In this document: in pieces, positions 53,327-64,000 of the stretch
Layout: each line of letters begins with the position of its first letter
Numbering within the stretch: position 1 is the stretch's first letter
Assembly: GCF_000012925.1 (NCBI RefSeq)
Contig: NC_007517.1
Coordinates: forward strand, 70,351 to 134,350
DNA from: Geobacter metallireducens GS-15
GTDB taxonomy: Bacteria; Desulfobacterota; Desulfuromonadia; Geobacterales; Geobacteraceae
DNA: 64,000 bases
Direction: 5' to 3'
Notes under the pieces: model-generated
Database searches by the model: none
What the model was told of the DNA's origin: nothing
The model's input: only the letters and a program-made list of their open reading frames with translations
Made by a program: the position numbers and the translations under genes

Positions 53327-53353
53327 ACTGCATGTCAATTACTGACTTCTCTC

Positions 53354-55210
53354 TTAGTGCGACCCTCCGGAGAGGAAGGCGAAGAGCATCAGCACCGTCA
53401 GCGATATACCGATGATAACCGCGCAGAAGCCAAAGGCTTTGACGATGAAGTCGTAGGCAACGCCGCTCGTTTTCTTGGCAGCGAACTGTTCGGTGATCCC
53501 CAGTTCCTCGTAGCGCTTCCACTGATCGCCCCGCTCTTCAAGGAATTCATGCTTCGGTATCTGGCCGTTGAAGATGACGAAGTCCATGGGGAACTTCTCG
53601 GGACGGCCGTGGGTGTTGAAGAAGTGGACCGTGAAGATGAAGCCCGTGGCAAGGAGCGCCTCATCGGAGTGAACGATGGTGGCGACGTTGAACATCCAGC
53701 CCGGGAGGAAGCTGCCGAAGAACTCGGGGAACCAGAGCATCAGGCCCGAGCCGCCGATGGCGAACATACCCCAGAAGACCGCGATGAAGTCGAATTTCTC
53801 CCAGTAGGTCCACCGCTCGAAAGTCGGTTTGGGCCCGCGGAAGAGGAACCATCTAACCATGCCGGCCACGTCCTTGATGTCACGGAAGTTGGGCATGAGG
53901 GAGTCGGGGCCGAACATGCGCTGGAGCCAGTTGCCCTTGAGATCCTTACGCACGAAGAGGAAGTGGAGGGACAGGAGTATCGCGCTGAAAAAATAGACAA
54001 AGGTGATGCAGGCGCCAAGACGGTGAATACGACCGGCATTGGCTGAGTGGCCGAATATGTGATCCATCATGAACTTCGCCCACTGCTGGTCGCTGAATTT
54101 AAGGGGAAGCCCCGAAAGCGACAGGAGGAGGAAGCTGATGATCACCAGGAGGTGGAGGAAGATGTGACGCTTCTTGAAGCGGCGATACACCTTGTGGCCG
54201 TCGGGGACGTGATGCTCCTCGTGGCCCTGGATGAGGGCCTGCTGCTTTTCGCGGTTCTCCACGAAGCCCCGGAACATCCACAGAAGGGTGTGAACCCAGA
54301 ACACGGCGAAGGTACTGACGAGGAGGCCAGTCATTGCCACGAAGGTGTAGAAGAGGATCGGGTATTTCACACGGTCGTGGGAACCGTGGGCGTAGAACTT
54401 GGTGAAGAGGGGGGTCGCCTTCGGATGGCACTTGGCGCACGTGGCGACGAGATTCTGGGGGTTGACGCTGGAGTTGGGATCCTTGGCAGGGAGAACGCCG
54501 TGGGCGGTGTGGCAGTCGGCGCAACCGGCAACCTTCTCAGGGAAGCCGAGGCGGTAGTTCTTGCCATGGTAGCTTTCCATGTAGGTTTCGACGGCAACGG
54601 TGACGACGTTGTTACGCTCCATCATCTTCTCGTCGGCATGGCACTTCATGCAGACCTTGGTATGGAACTCCCGGTTTTCCTTGGACTTCGGATCACCAAG
54701 GGGCTTGATTGCATGGAGGTTGTGGCAGTCGTTACAAGCCGCCGAGTCCATGTTGCCGCCAGCCACGGACTTTCCGTGGATGGAGTTGCGGTAGCCCGCC
54801 TCCTTGTCGTGGCACTGGATACATTTGGCCACAACTTTCCGTTTATCCTTGTTCCAGTAGGTATGGGTATGGATATCGGTGTGGCAGTCGGCGCACATCA
54901 CGTCCTTCTGGGCATGGACGCTGGCGTAGTGCTCGGAGTTCTCCTTCTTGTGGCAGCGCTCGCACCGAACCTTGTGGACCTTTGTTTCGCCTTTCATGTG
55001 CTTGGCGAGATCAGTAATCTCCACGTGGCAGCTTGTACAGGCGTTTTTGCCGTGGACCGACGCGGCAAATGCCGAGGCGGAAACCTTGTTGCTGTGACAG
55101 CCGAGACAGGTGGCCGGGTCAATTGCCATGCCACTTTCGGCAGCCGCTGGCCGGGCAACGGCCATGAGCAGCAGAAGTGCGGGGACCAGCCGAAAAACCT
55201 TCGACAACAT
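53354..55210 (-). CDS. cbcL: CbcL-like fused periplasmic nonaheme c-type cytochrome / membrane diheme b-type cytochrome
   Basis: Signal peptide, nine CxxCH motifs, and a C-terminal multi-TM His-rich HydC/FdnI-like cytochrome b domain. This architecture matches Geobacter CbcL. Confidence 0.8.
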   Translation of the reverse strand: MLSKVFRLVPALLLLMAVARPAAAESGMAIDPATCLGCHSNKVSASAFAASVHGKNACTSCHVEITDLAKHMKGETKVHKVRCERCHKKENSEHYASVHAQKDVMCADCHTDIHTHTYWNKDKRKVVAKCIQCHDKEAGYRNSIHGKSVAGGNMDSAACNDCHNLHAIKPLGDPKSKENREFHTKVCMKCHADEKMMERNNVVTVAVETYMESYHGKNYRLGFPEKVAGCADCHTAHGVLPAKDPNSSVNPQNLVATCAKCHPKATPLFTKFYAHGSHDRVKYPILFYTFVAMTGLLVSTFAVFWVHTLLWMFRGFVENREKQQALIQGHEEHHVPDGHKVYRRFKKRHIFLHLLVIISFLLLSLSGLPLKFSDQQWAKFMMDHIFGHSANAGRIHRLGACITFVYFFSAILLSLHFLFVRKDLKGNWLQRMFGPDSLMPNFRDIKDVAGMVRWFLFRGPKPTFERWTYWEKFDFIAVFWGMFAIGGSGLMLWFPEFFGSFLPGWMFNVATIVHSDEALLATGFIFTVHFFNTHGRPEKFPMDFVIFNGQIPKHEFLEERGDQWKRYEELGITEQFAAKKTSGVAYDFIVKAFGFCAVIIGISLTVLMLFAFLSGGSH

Positions 55211-55537
55211 GCATGCTCCTCCTTGTGAGGTATTTTTTCTTGCTTCCCGATAAATATCGATAAAACAAGGTATTGCAAAAGAAATCAAAGAATGTCTCGA
55301 CTCACCAGATTAACTTGTTCGACAATGCCAACCAAAACCATTTCAATGGATTAGCAAGATGCCGAACAATCGGAAAATAAAACGATATTCTAAATATTAA
55401 AAGTCATTCAATGAATAAGTATCAATCTCGGGGATAGTAATACCCAAGGGGGGAAAATGCAACAAAATAGTATACTTTTTTTATACATAGAGGCAATCGC
55501 AGCGGCTTAAACACGACATAACATTATCCCTGCTGCG

Positions 55538-57412
55538 TCAGGGGCAGTTCCGTACCGTGACAATCCCCTCCGCGGCGGCAAATTTGAGGAATTCCGCTGC
55601 CCCCTCTCCGGAAAGGGCGAGTCGCGCAACGACATCACCGGCCCGGCAGCAGCCGTCGAGCCCCTCGAGAAGAAGGAAATAGGACTCCAGGAGAGATTCG
55701 GTAAATATGTCGTTGCCGCGGGGATAAATGACGGCCCATGACGGACTGGGCGAGAAACATGCACAGATTTCCCGAAGGTCTGCGTTGCCCGCTTCCAGCA
55801 GATCGGTGATTTCATAGGAGAAGCGGGCAAGCCTCGTGGATGGAGCAAGACACACTACCTGATCGAGAATATTCAAGCCGGCGAGGCTGCGGTCGGTGGG
55901 AAGCTCCGGCGGCGGCGCCAGAAGCGCCGCCGCGTAATGATAGTGATAATCGACCAGGTCGAGAGCCACGGGGAGAAGACGACGCACCCGCCGGTCGGCA
56001 AAGATGTGGGCAAGAAACGAGCGCTGCAGCGACCAGATCGCCTCGTCGCCCAAGGCCTCCTCCCGGGCTTCAATCCCTTGGCGTGCGAGCCATCCGCCGA
56101 AGGCGTCGAGAAACTCTGCCGGCGTCAGGGAAAGGGGGGCAATGACGCCGTTGAACCAGGCGACCGCTTTTCCCCGGCTATAGAAGATGTCGCAGGCTCC
56201 GGCAAGGCGGGCGGCACGTTTCATGTCCGGGGCCGGAAACGTCGGGGTGGCGGTAAGCGCGTAGGGGGGCGCCGGAAGGTGGTCGAGCCCTGCCTGAGCC
56301 GCGCGGGCGGCAAGGGGGGTGCCGGGGAGAACGGCAAGGGGGAAGATGTCCAGATGGTTCGGGTAGAGGGCGAGGGCGAAGTCGAGGGATTGCCTGAAGC
56401 CTGCGAGGGAGTCGCCGGGGAGTCCGTAGATGAGATCAAAGCCGAAGACGGCCCCGCTTTCGTTGAGAAGCGCGACTCGTTTTCGAAAGTCGTCCGGATC
56501 GAAATGCCGCCGTATCCCCTTGAGGATGGCCGGGTCGGCACTCTGGAGGCCGATCTGGAGAGAGCAGGTAATGCCGGCAAAAAGCCGGGCCATCTCCCGG
56601 TCCAGAAACTCGCTCCGCACCTCGAAGTGGAAGTGGATATGGGGGGCGCGCTTGCGGATCATCCGCAGGATCGTCTTGGCCCGCTTCGCATCGACGTTGA
56701 AGGTGGAGTCGAGGACAAACACCTGGGGGACGTTGTGGCGGACGAGAAAATCGAGCTCCGCGTCGACCCGCTCCAGAGAGAACCGCCGCACCCCCTTGGT
56801 CCCCTTGTAGTCGAAGCAGTACTCGCAGGCGAAGTCGCACCCGCGGGAGAGTTGCCAGAGAAGCCCCCCGTAGCGCCCGGGCTCGATGATTCCCGACAAA
56901 AAGGGGGACGGAATGGTGTCAAGGAGCGCCACCGGCTTCTGGGGCCGGCTTGCCAGTTTTCCATCGTCAAGCCAGGCCGTCCCCGGCGCGCCACGGAAAG
57001 GACGCCCGTCGGCAAGCCGGGCCGTCACCTCGAGAAACGGCACCTCCCCCTCGCCGAGGATGAGAAAATCGTACCCCCCCCCGGTGAGCGTTCCGAGGGG
57101 GTCTGCGGTTGCCTGGGGGCCGCCGGCGAAGATGGTGATGCCGGGACGGTTCCGCCGAAGCTCCGCCGCAATCCGCCCCGACTCCTCGGTGTTCCAGAGA
57201 TAGAGGGAAAAGCCGACCGCATCGGGCTCGTGGGCAAGAATCTCGGCAGCACAGACGTCGGCTGGCGTTGAACGCAAAAAATCGCAGAGCGTGACAGCAA
57301 CGCGGGCGGCAAGCTCCTCGTCGGTGCCGAGGTATGCCTTCAGGAACGCGTTGGCGAGAGGGACGGCCTGGGGAGAGGGAACTGGGTGGATGGCGGCAAG
57401 GACGACCTTCAC
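55538..57412 (-). CDS. B12-binding radical SAM protein
   Basis: 624 aa. N-terminal cobalamin-binding Rossmann domain and CxxxCxxC (CDFACEYC) radical SAM core. Confidence 0.8.
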   Translation of the reverse strand: MKVVLAAIHPVPSPQAVPLANAFLKAYLGTDEELAARVAVTLCDFLRSTPADVCAAEILAHEPDAVGFSLYLWNTEESGRIAAELRRNRPGITIFAGGPQATADPLGTLTGGGYDFLILGEGEVPFLEVTARLADGRPFRGAPGTAWLDDGKLASRPQKPVALLDTIPSPFLSGIIEPGRYGGLLWQLSRGCDFACEYCFDYKGTKGVRRFSLERVDAELDFLVRHNVPQVFVLDSTFNVDAKRAKTILRMIRKRAPHIHFHFEVRSEFLDREMARLFAGITCSLQIGLQSADPAILKGIRRHFDPDDFRKRVALLNESGAVFGFDLIYGLPGDSLAGFRQSLDFALALYPNHLDIFPLAVLPGTPLAARAAQAGLDHLPAPPYALTATPTFPAPDMKRAARLAGACDIFYSRGKAVAWFNGVIAPLSLTPAEFLDAFGGWLARQGIEAREEALGDEAIWSLQRSFLAHIFADRRVRRLLPVALDLVDYHYHYAAALLAPPPELPTDRSLAGLNILDQVVCLAPSTRLARFSYEITDLLEAGNADLREICACFSPSPSWAVIYPRGNDIFTESLLESYFLLLEGLDGCCRAGDVVARLALSGEGAAEFLKFAAAEGIVTVRNCP

Positions 57413-57469
57413 GGACTCCTCCGGGGGTAAAATGAGACCACTCCGCCAGGAATGGCATGACGGTGATGG

Positions 57470-58024
57470 TTAGGATGACCGACGGGGCCTGGCCTTGATC
57501 TTGGGGACGCCGTTTTCGATGACGATGCGGAATTCCACCCGGTCGGTGCCGTATTTTGCCACGATCGCCGGCTTCTGCTTTTCAATGGCGGAGGCGACCA
57601 TATCCCTGGTCACCGTCTCGACGGGGAGGTTGCAGGAGCGGCGCGCCTCGATGAACTGGCGATAGAGCTCGTCCGCCTCGTCGTGGGACGGGGACGGAGA
57701 GGCGTCATTCTTGGCAGCTTGGGCGGGACGTTCGTGCATGGCCATGCGGAACCGGTCCCGGGAGTACTTTCCCTCCTCCATGAGCCGGAGGATCCGGTTC
57801 CAGTACTGCCGGTAGGAACCCAGCTTTGCCACGAGGGAGTTGTACTTGAAGTTCAGCATGGTGTTGACGATCTTCACGCTGACGTACTTGCGCGCCAGCC
57901 GGTCGACCGTCTCGAGCAGGCGCAGGGGCTCCCGCTTCTCAAGGCCGAGGAAGTACTGCTCGTACTTGATGATCAGCTCATTGAGGCACTGCTCGAACTG
58001 GGCTATGTCTTCCGGAATTCCCAT
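57470..58024 (-). CDS. hypothetical protein
   Basis: 184 aa from MGIPEDIAQ. Normal GC and no recognisable motif. Confidence 0.4.
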   Translation of the reverse strand: MGIPEDIAQFEQCLNELIIKYEQYFLGLEKREPLRLLETVDRLARKYVSVKIVNTMLNFKYNSLVAKLGSYRQYWNRILRLMEEGKYSRDRFRMAMHERPAQAAKNDASPSPSHDEADELYRQFIEARRSCNLPVETVTRDMVASAIEKQKPAIVAKYGTDRVEFRIVIENGVPKIKARPRRSS

Positions 58025-58177
58025 AGGTTCTCCGGGTTCGACTATAGACAGAAACCCCCCTCGGTGTAAAGACGAAAGCTTCCCGTTGCACCCGTCTATT
58101 CGCTTGACGTCCGCGCGGGGCATCGTATAGAGTAAATGGTTTCAAATCCAATGATTTCTCCTCAAAGGAGGGCCGTC

Positions 58178-59608
58178 ATGGGCGATCTTGCGGCGATAAT
58201 CCTTGCCGCCGGCAAGGGAACGAGAATGAAATCCGATCTGGTCAAGGTGATGCATCCCCTGGCCGGCGCACCGATGGTCGCGTGGCCAGTGGAGGCGGCC
58301 CGGCAGGCGGGGACGTCCCGCATGGTGCTGGTGGTCGGCCACCAGGCGGACACCATTCGTGAGCACTTCGCAGGAACAGAACAGGTAGCCTTTGCCCTCC
58401 AGGAGGAACAACTCGGCACCGGTCACGCCGTGGCCAGCGCCGCCGCGGCCCTCGACGGCTTTACGGGGAGAGTCCTCATCCTCTGCGGCGACGTCCCCCT
58501 TATCCGGCCCGAGACGCTCCGGGGGATGATCGACGCCCACGGGGCCACCGGTGCGGCCCTCACGGTCCTCACCACGCGTCTTGAAAACCCCTTCGGCTAC
58601 GGCCGGATCATCCGCGGCTTTGACGGCCGGGTCATCCGGATCGTCGAGGAGAAGGATGCGACTCCCGAGGAGCGGGGCCGCAGAGAGGTAAACGCCGGCA
58701 TCTACTGCGCCGAGGCGGCGTTTCTCTTCGACGCGGTCACGCGGATCGGCAACGACAACGCCCAGGGGGAATACTACCTCACCGACATCGTCACCATGGC
58801 CAACGAGCAGGGGCTCCGCTGCACCGCCCATCCCGTGGCCGACCCGGTTGAGGTCATGGGGGTGAACGACCGGGCCCAGCTGGCCGAAGCGGGGCGGTTT
58901 GCCCGGCAGCGGATCAACCGGGAGCTCATGCTCGACGGCGTGACCATCGTGGATCCGGCCGCCACCTACATCGACCGGGGGGCTGTCGTGGGGCGCGACA
59001 CCACGGTCCATCCGGGAGTCCACCTCTCCGGCGAGACCCGGATCGGCGAAGGGTGCACCATCGAACAGGGGGCCGTCATCAAGGGGAGCACCCTCGGCAA
59101 CGGCTGCGTCGTGGAACCGGGGGCCGTCATCCGGAGCTGCCGCCTCGGGAGCCACGTCATGGTGAAGGCCGGCTCCGTCATGGAGGATGCGATCATCCAC
59201 GACCACACGGCCATCGGCCCCATGGCGCACCTCAGGCCCGGAACCGAACTCATGGCCCACGTGAAGATCGGCAACTTCGTCGAAACCAAGAAAATCACCA
59301 TGGGCGAAGGCTCCAAGGCCTCCCACCTCACCTACCTGGGTGACGCCTCCATCGGCAACAACGTCAACGTTGGATGCGGCACCATTACCTGCAACTACGA
59401 CGGGGTGCGCAAGCACCGCACCGTCATCGAGGACGACGTCTTCGTGGGAAGCGACGTCCAGTTCGTGGCGCCCGTCACCGTCGGGCGGAACTCCCTCATC
59501 GCCGCCGGCACCACGGTGACCCGGGATGTCCCCCCCGACTCCCTGGCCATTGCCCGGGCCCCCCAGGTGAACAAGGACGGGTGGAAACTCAAACAGCGGG
59601 ATCAGTGA
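58178..59608 (+). CDS. glmU: bifunctional UDP-GlcNAc pyrophosphorylase / GlcN-1-P N-acetyltransferase
   Basis: 476 aa. LAAGKGTRM nucleotidyltransferase motif and C-terminal left-handed beta-helix hexapeptide repeats. RBS aaaggagg. Confidence 0.95.
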   Translation: MGDLAAIILAAGKGTRMKSDLVKVMHPLAGAPMVAWPVEAARQAGTSRMVLVVGHQADTIREHFAGTEQVAFALQEEQLGTGHAVASAAAALDGFTGRVLILCGDVPLIRPETLRGMIDAHGATGAALTVLTTRLENPFGYGRIIRGFDGRVIRIVEEKDATPEERGRREVNAGIYCAEAAFLFDAVTRIGNDNAQGEYYLTDIVTMANEQGLRCTAHPVADPVEVMGVNDRAQLAEAGRFARQRINRELMLDGVTIVDPAATYIDRGAVVGRDTTVHPGVHLSGETRIGEGCTIEQGAVIKGSTLGNGCVVEPGAVIRSCRLGSHVMVKAGSVMEDAIIHDHTAIGPMAHLRPGTELMAHVKIGNFVETKKITMGEGSKASHLTYLGDASIGNNVNVGCGTITCNYDGVRKHRTVIEDDVFVGSDVQFVAPVTVGRNSLIAAGTTVTRDVPPDSLAIARAPQVNKDGWKLKQRDQ

Positions 59609-59644
59609 CCCCTTTTTATCCATTTACTAACGGAGATTGAGACT

Positions 59645-61474
<1,830 letters not shown>

Positions 61475-61484
61475 CGGTTGACTA

Positions 61485-61949
61485 CTAGAAACAGCCAAGC
61501 TGGCACTGCCGGATCTTATACCTCTTGCTATTGGCCGCGTTCGCGACGGACATCGGCTTTACGTTCAGTTCGTTGGCGAGGGCGAAGACGTTGGCGCAGG
61601 TGAGCGCCCCCTTTTCCTCAAGATCCTCGACGCGGCTGGAGACATCTTCGCTGACCGGCTCTGTCGCCGAGCCCAGGTGCGAAGTCTTGGACACCGCGAA
61701 GCAGGCGAGTTGACAGTCTGTCACGCGGATGCCGAGCTTGTCGATCATCGCCCCCACATCAAGGCGGGAAACCCCCACGTTGCCGGCCACCTTCCAGCCT
61801 GCCGGACAACTCACGTATCCGTCTTTCACGGCCGCTTTCACGGCGCTTTCCAGCTGTGCCAGGACTTCTTCGGAGAGATTACTCGGGTTTTCCGGCAACG
61901 TGATCCTGCCGCTCTTTTTCTTCCGGTCTGCATCACAAAAGTCGCGCAT
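61485..61949 (-). CDS. hypothetical cysteine-rich protein
   Basis: 154 aa. Several Cys pairs (SCPAGW, CQLAC, CQLGC). Family not recognised. Confidence 0.4.
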   Translation of the reverse strand: MRDFCDADRKKKSGRITLPENPSNLSEEVLAQLESAVKAAVKDGYVSCPAGWKVAGNVGVSRLDVGAMIDKLGIRVTDCQLACFAVSKTSHLGSATEPVSEDVSSRVEDLEEKGALTCANVFALANELNVKPMSVANAANSKRYKIRQCQLGCF

Positions 61950-62000
61950 GGCAGTTCTCCTCTGAAATAAATCTACTCCTCTTGCTTGTAACGTGTTGCT

Positions 62001-62945
62001 TTACGCGTTCTGCGGCGCACCCTTCCGCAGGGTCTCTAGCCACTCCTGAATAAAGAGGTCGAGGTACTCCCGGCTGATGGCGCTGGAATGGGGCGTGATC
62101 AGGACGTTGCGTTGCTCCCAGAGAGGCGAGGAGGCCGGCAGCGGCTCTTCGGCAAAGACATCCAGACCGGCACCTGCCAGGCGGCCATCCTCCAGGGCGG
62201 CCACAAGGTCTTCCTCCCGGTAACAGTTCCCTCGACCCAGGTTGTAAAGGTAGGCTCCCGGCCTCATGGCATTGAAGTGTCGTGCGGTGAAAATACCATC
62301 GGTTGCCGTCCCGCCGGGAAGCAGCAGAACCACATGATCGGCTTCAGGCAACGCCTCCTCCAGCGCGTCAAAAGAGATCACCCTGTCGACACAAGGGCTG
62401 CCCGCAAAGGATTCCGGGTTGCGCTTGACCCCGGTTACGTGCGCACCGAAGGCTTTGAGCAGTTCCGCCATGGACTGCCCCAGCGCCCCCAAACCTACGA
62501 TCATGACCCGCTGGCTGAAGAGGCCGACACAACCGCTGTAGTCCGGACGCCCCCACATCCGGCGGCCCTGATCTTCAAGCGACTGGCCGAGGCGCCGGTT
62601 GAAATAAAGCATCATGGAGAGAAGACTCTCGCGCATGATACGACCGTGGAAGCTGCCATGACAGGTCATCACCCTCCCTGACGGGTCTGCCGCAACCCAG
62701 TCACGGCCGGCGGCAGGAGTGAAGAGTGCCTTAAGCCGGGGAGCGGTCGCATACCACTCGGGTTTGAAGACCCACACAAGGGCATATTCGGCATCGGGAA
62801 GCCGGTCCATGAAGTCGCTGTCGCTCGCCGAGACGGTAATGGCCACTTCCGGGAGTGCTTGGCGTATCTGCTCGACGTGACGTGGCTTCAGGGTGAAGGC
62901 GTCAATGTTGTTGTGCAGATGGATAAGGAGATTGCTGATCTTCAT
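62001..62945 (-). CDS. D-isomer-specific 2-hydroxyacid dehydrogenase family (glyoxylate/hydroxypyruvate reductase-like)
   Basis: 314 aa. NAD-binding GLGALGQ and a catalytic R/E/H arrangement (ITPH). Confidence 0.8.
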   Translation of the reverse strand: MKISNLLIHLHNNIDAFTLKPRHVEQIRQALPEVAITVSASDSDFMDRLPDAEYALVWVFKPEWYATAPRLKALFTPAAGRDWVAADPSGRVMTCHGSFHGRIMRESLLSMMLYFNRRLGQSLEDQGRRMWGRPDYSGCVGLFSQRVMIVGLGALGQSMAELLKAFGAHVTGVKRNPESFAGSPCVDRVISFDALEEALPEADHVVLLLPGGTATDGIFTARHFNAMRPGAYLYNLGRGNCYREEDLVAALEDGRLAGAGLDVFAEEPLPASSPLWEQRNVLITPHSSAISREYLDLFIQEWLETLRKGAPQNA

Positions 62946-63092
62946 GGGTGCGTTTCGCTCTCAGAAACCGTCGGTCTTATCAATGCGTTACAGGAGTAAC
63001 GACTATATCGATTCTGGCAGGCGTGGTCAATCTGCTGCGGCAAATCAGTACCCTCTTGTTTTCTCGGAGATATATGTGCCCCCCTCGTGCCG

Positions 63093-63999
63093 CTACCGCA
63101 AGTGCCGCACTGCCCGCGTGAGCCCTTCCAGCGTGAGGGGGAACATGGGAAAGAGACCTCCTACCACGGGGACGGTCTCGTAGTGCATCCAGGAATTCTC
63201 GGGAAGCGGGTTCATCCAGGCCCGCCGGCCGAAGGCGTCGGCAAGCTGGCGGAGCCAGTCCAGGCCGGACATGGTGCCGGCACGATACCGCTCCAGAATG
63301 CCGGAAGGGCTCATCAGTTCGTAGGGGGCCATGGCCCCGTCGCCCACGAAGATGAGTCGATACTCCTTTCCGTACTCCCTGATCACCTCGGCCGTGGGGA
63401 TGGATTCGTCGGAATCGAGGTCGACATAGAGGTCCTCGTAGACGCAGTTATGGAAGTAGAATGCGCGGAAATCCCTGAAATGGTTGAGTCCGTGGGCCGC
63501 GGAAAAGAGCCGCTCCGACAGGGCCCTGAACGGCTCCATGGAACCACCCGAGTCCATAATCAGCAGAACGCGCACCTGGTTCTCCCGCTCGCGGGCAAAG
63601 ACCAGATCGATCTCCCCGGCGTTCCTGCAGGTCCTGTCGATGGTGCCCTCAAGGTCGAGATGTTCCTCGGCACCGCATTCCCTCAGATCGCGCAGACGCT
63701 TCAGTGCCACGCCGATCTGGCGCACATCCAGGGTCAGATCATTGCGCAGGTTGCGGTAGCGCCGGCCAAAGGCCTGGAGCACGGCCCTTCCCCCGCCCCC
63801 CTCGGCAGCGAAGGATATCCCGGAGGGGTGGTTGCCGCCGGCGCCGAAGGGGCTCGTCCCACCGGTGCCGATCCACTTTTTCCCGCCGTGGTGGGCACCG
63901 TCCTGGGTACGCAGCCGCTCTTCCAGCTGCCGCAGCAGTTCGTCCAGGGAAAGCGCTTCCAGGCGGGCCAGCTCTTCCTCTGAAAGACGCCGCGGAGCC
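63093..63999 (-). CDS. VWA domain-containing CoxE-like protein (5' end beyond window)
   Basis: The reading frame stays open to the window end. The upstream in-frame translation contains the CoxE-type motif KWIGTGGTSPFGAGGNHPSGI. The VWA MIDAS motif is DSGGSM. Confidence 0.7.
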   Translation of the reverse strand, partial: APRRLSEEELARLEALSLDELLRQLEERLRTQDGAHHGGKKWIGTGGTSPFGAGGNHPSGISFAAEGGGGRAVLQAFGRRYRNLRNDLTLDVRQIGVALKRLRDLRECGAEEHLDLEGTIDRTCRNAGEIDLVFARERENQVRVLLIMDSGGSMEPFRALSERLFSAAHGLNHFRDFRAFYFHNCVYEDLYVDLDSDESIPTAEVIREYGKEYRLIFVGDGAMAPYELMSPSGILERYRAGTMSGLDWLRQLADAFGRRAWMNPLPENSWMHYETVPVVGGLFPMFPLTLEGLTRAVRHLR

Positions 64000-64000
64000 T

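Noticed and set aside
55289-55537. An AT-rich 250-nt stretch between cbcL and the radical SAM gene as a possible small mobile element or ncRNA.
   Set aside because: It has no terminal repeats and no conserved structure visible by eye. It is most simply the cbcL promoter/UTR region, with some GTATAC-like motifs.

Overview
This window is a high-GC (~62%) chromosomal segment of Geobacter type (Desulfuromonadales-like): it carries a CbcL-like 9-heme c/b-type cytochrome, the gene order is Geobacter-like, and there is a selA. Most of the window is densely packed housekeeping genes: cysS, glnS, ispF/ispD, selA, rsmB, rpe, glnE, mtnA, gatCAB, pcrA/uvrD, ogt, efp, tRNA-Phe, glmU and glmS. Envelope and lipid genes are also present: cls, a PLD-family protein, a fused lplT-aas, an lpxL-like acyltransferase and a flotillin-like protein. 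Regulators include GntR, Crp/Fnr, a sigma-54 activator, a hybrid histidine kinase and a GGDEF response regulator.

Three accessory insertions interrupt this backbone.

(i) A ~3.7 kb low-GC island (about 27.0-30.7 kb) carries two class III nucleotidyl-cyclase paralogs. They flank a 3-TM membrane protein gene that is split in frame by an ISL3 element with 8-bp target duplications. I interpret this as a non-canonical Pycsar-like cyclic-nucleotide defence module, recently inactivated. This is the most interesting region.

(ii) A ~50% GC DinD/Bro-N-like gene sits between gatA and gatB.

(iii) An IS481-like element (26-bp perfect inverted repeats, 6-bp target duplication) lies about 20 nt upstream of crp. 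An IS110-family element beside it has a structured, repeat-bearing 5' leader that may encode a bridge RNA.

Several structured intergenic elements are noted. No CRISPR array and no rRNA were found. Long antisense ORFs inside high-GC genes were treated as artefacts.
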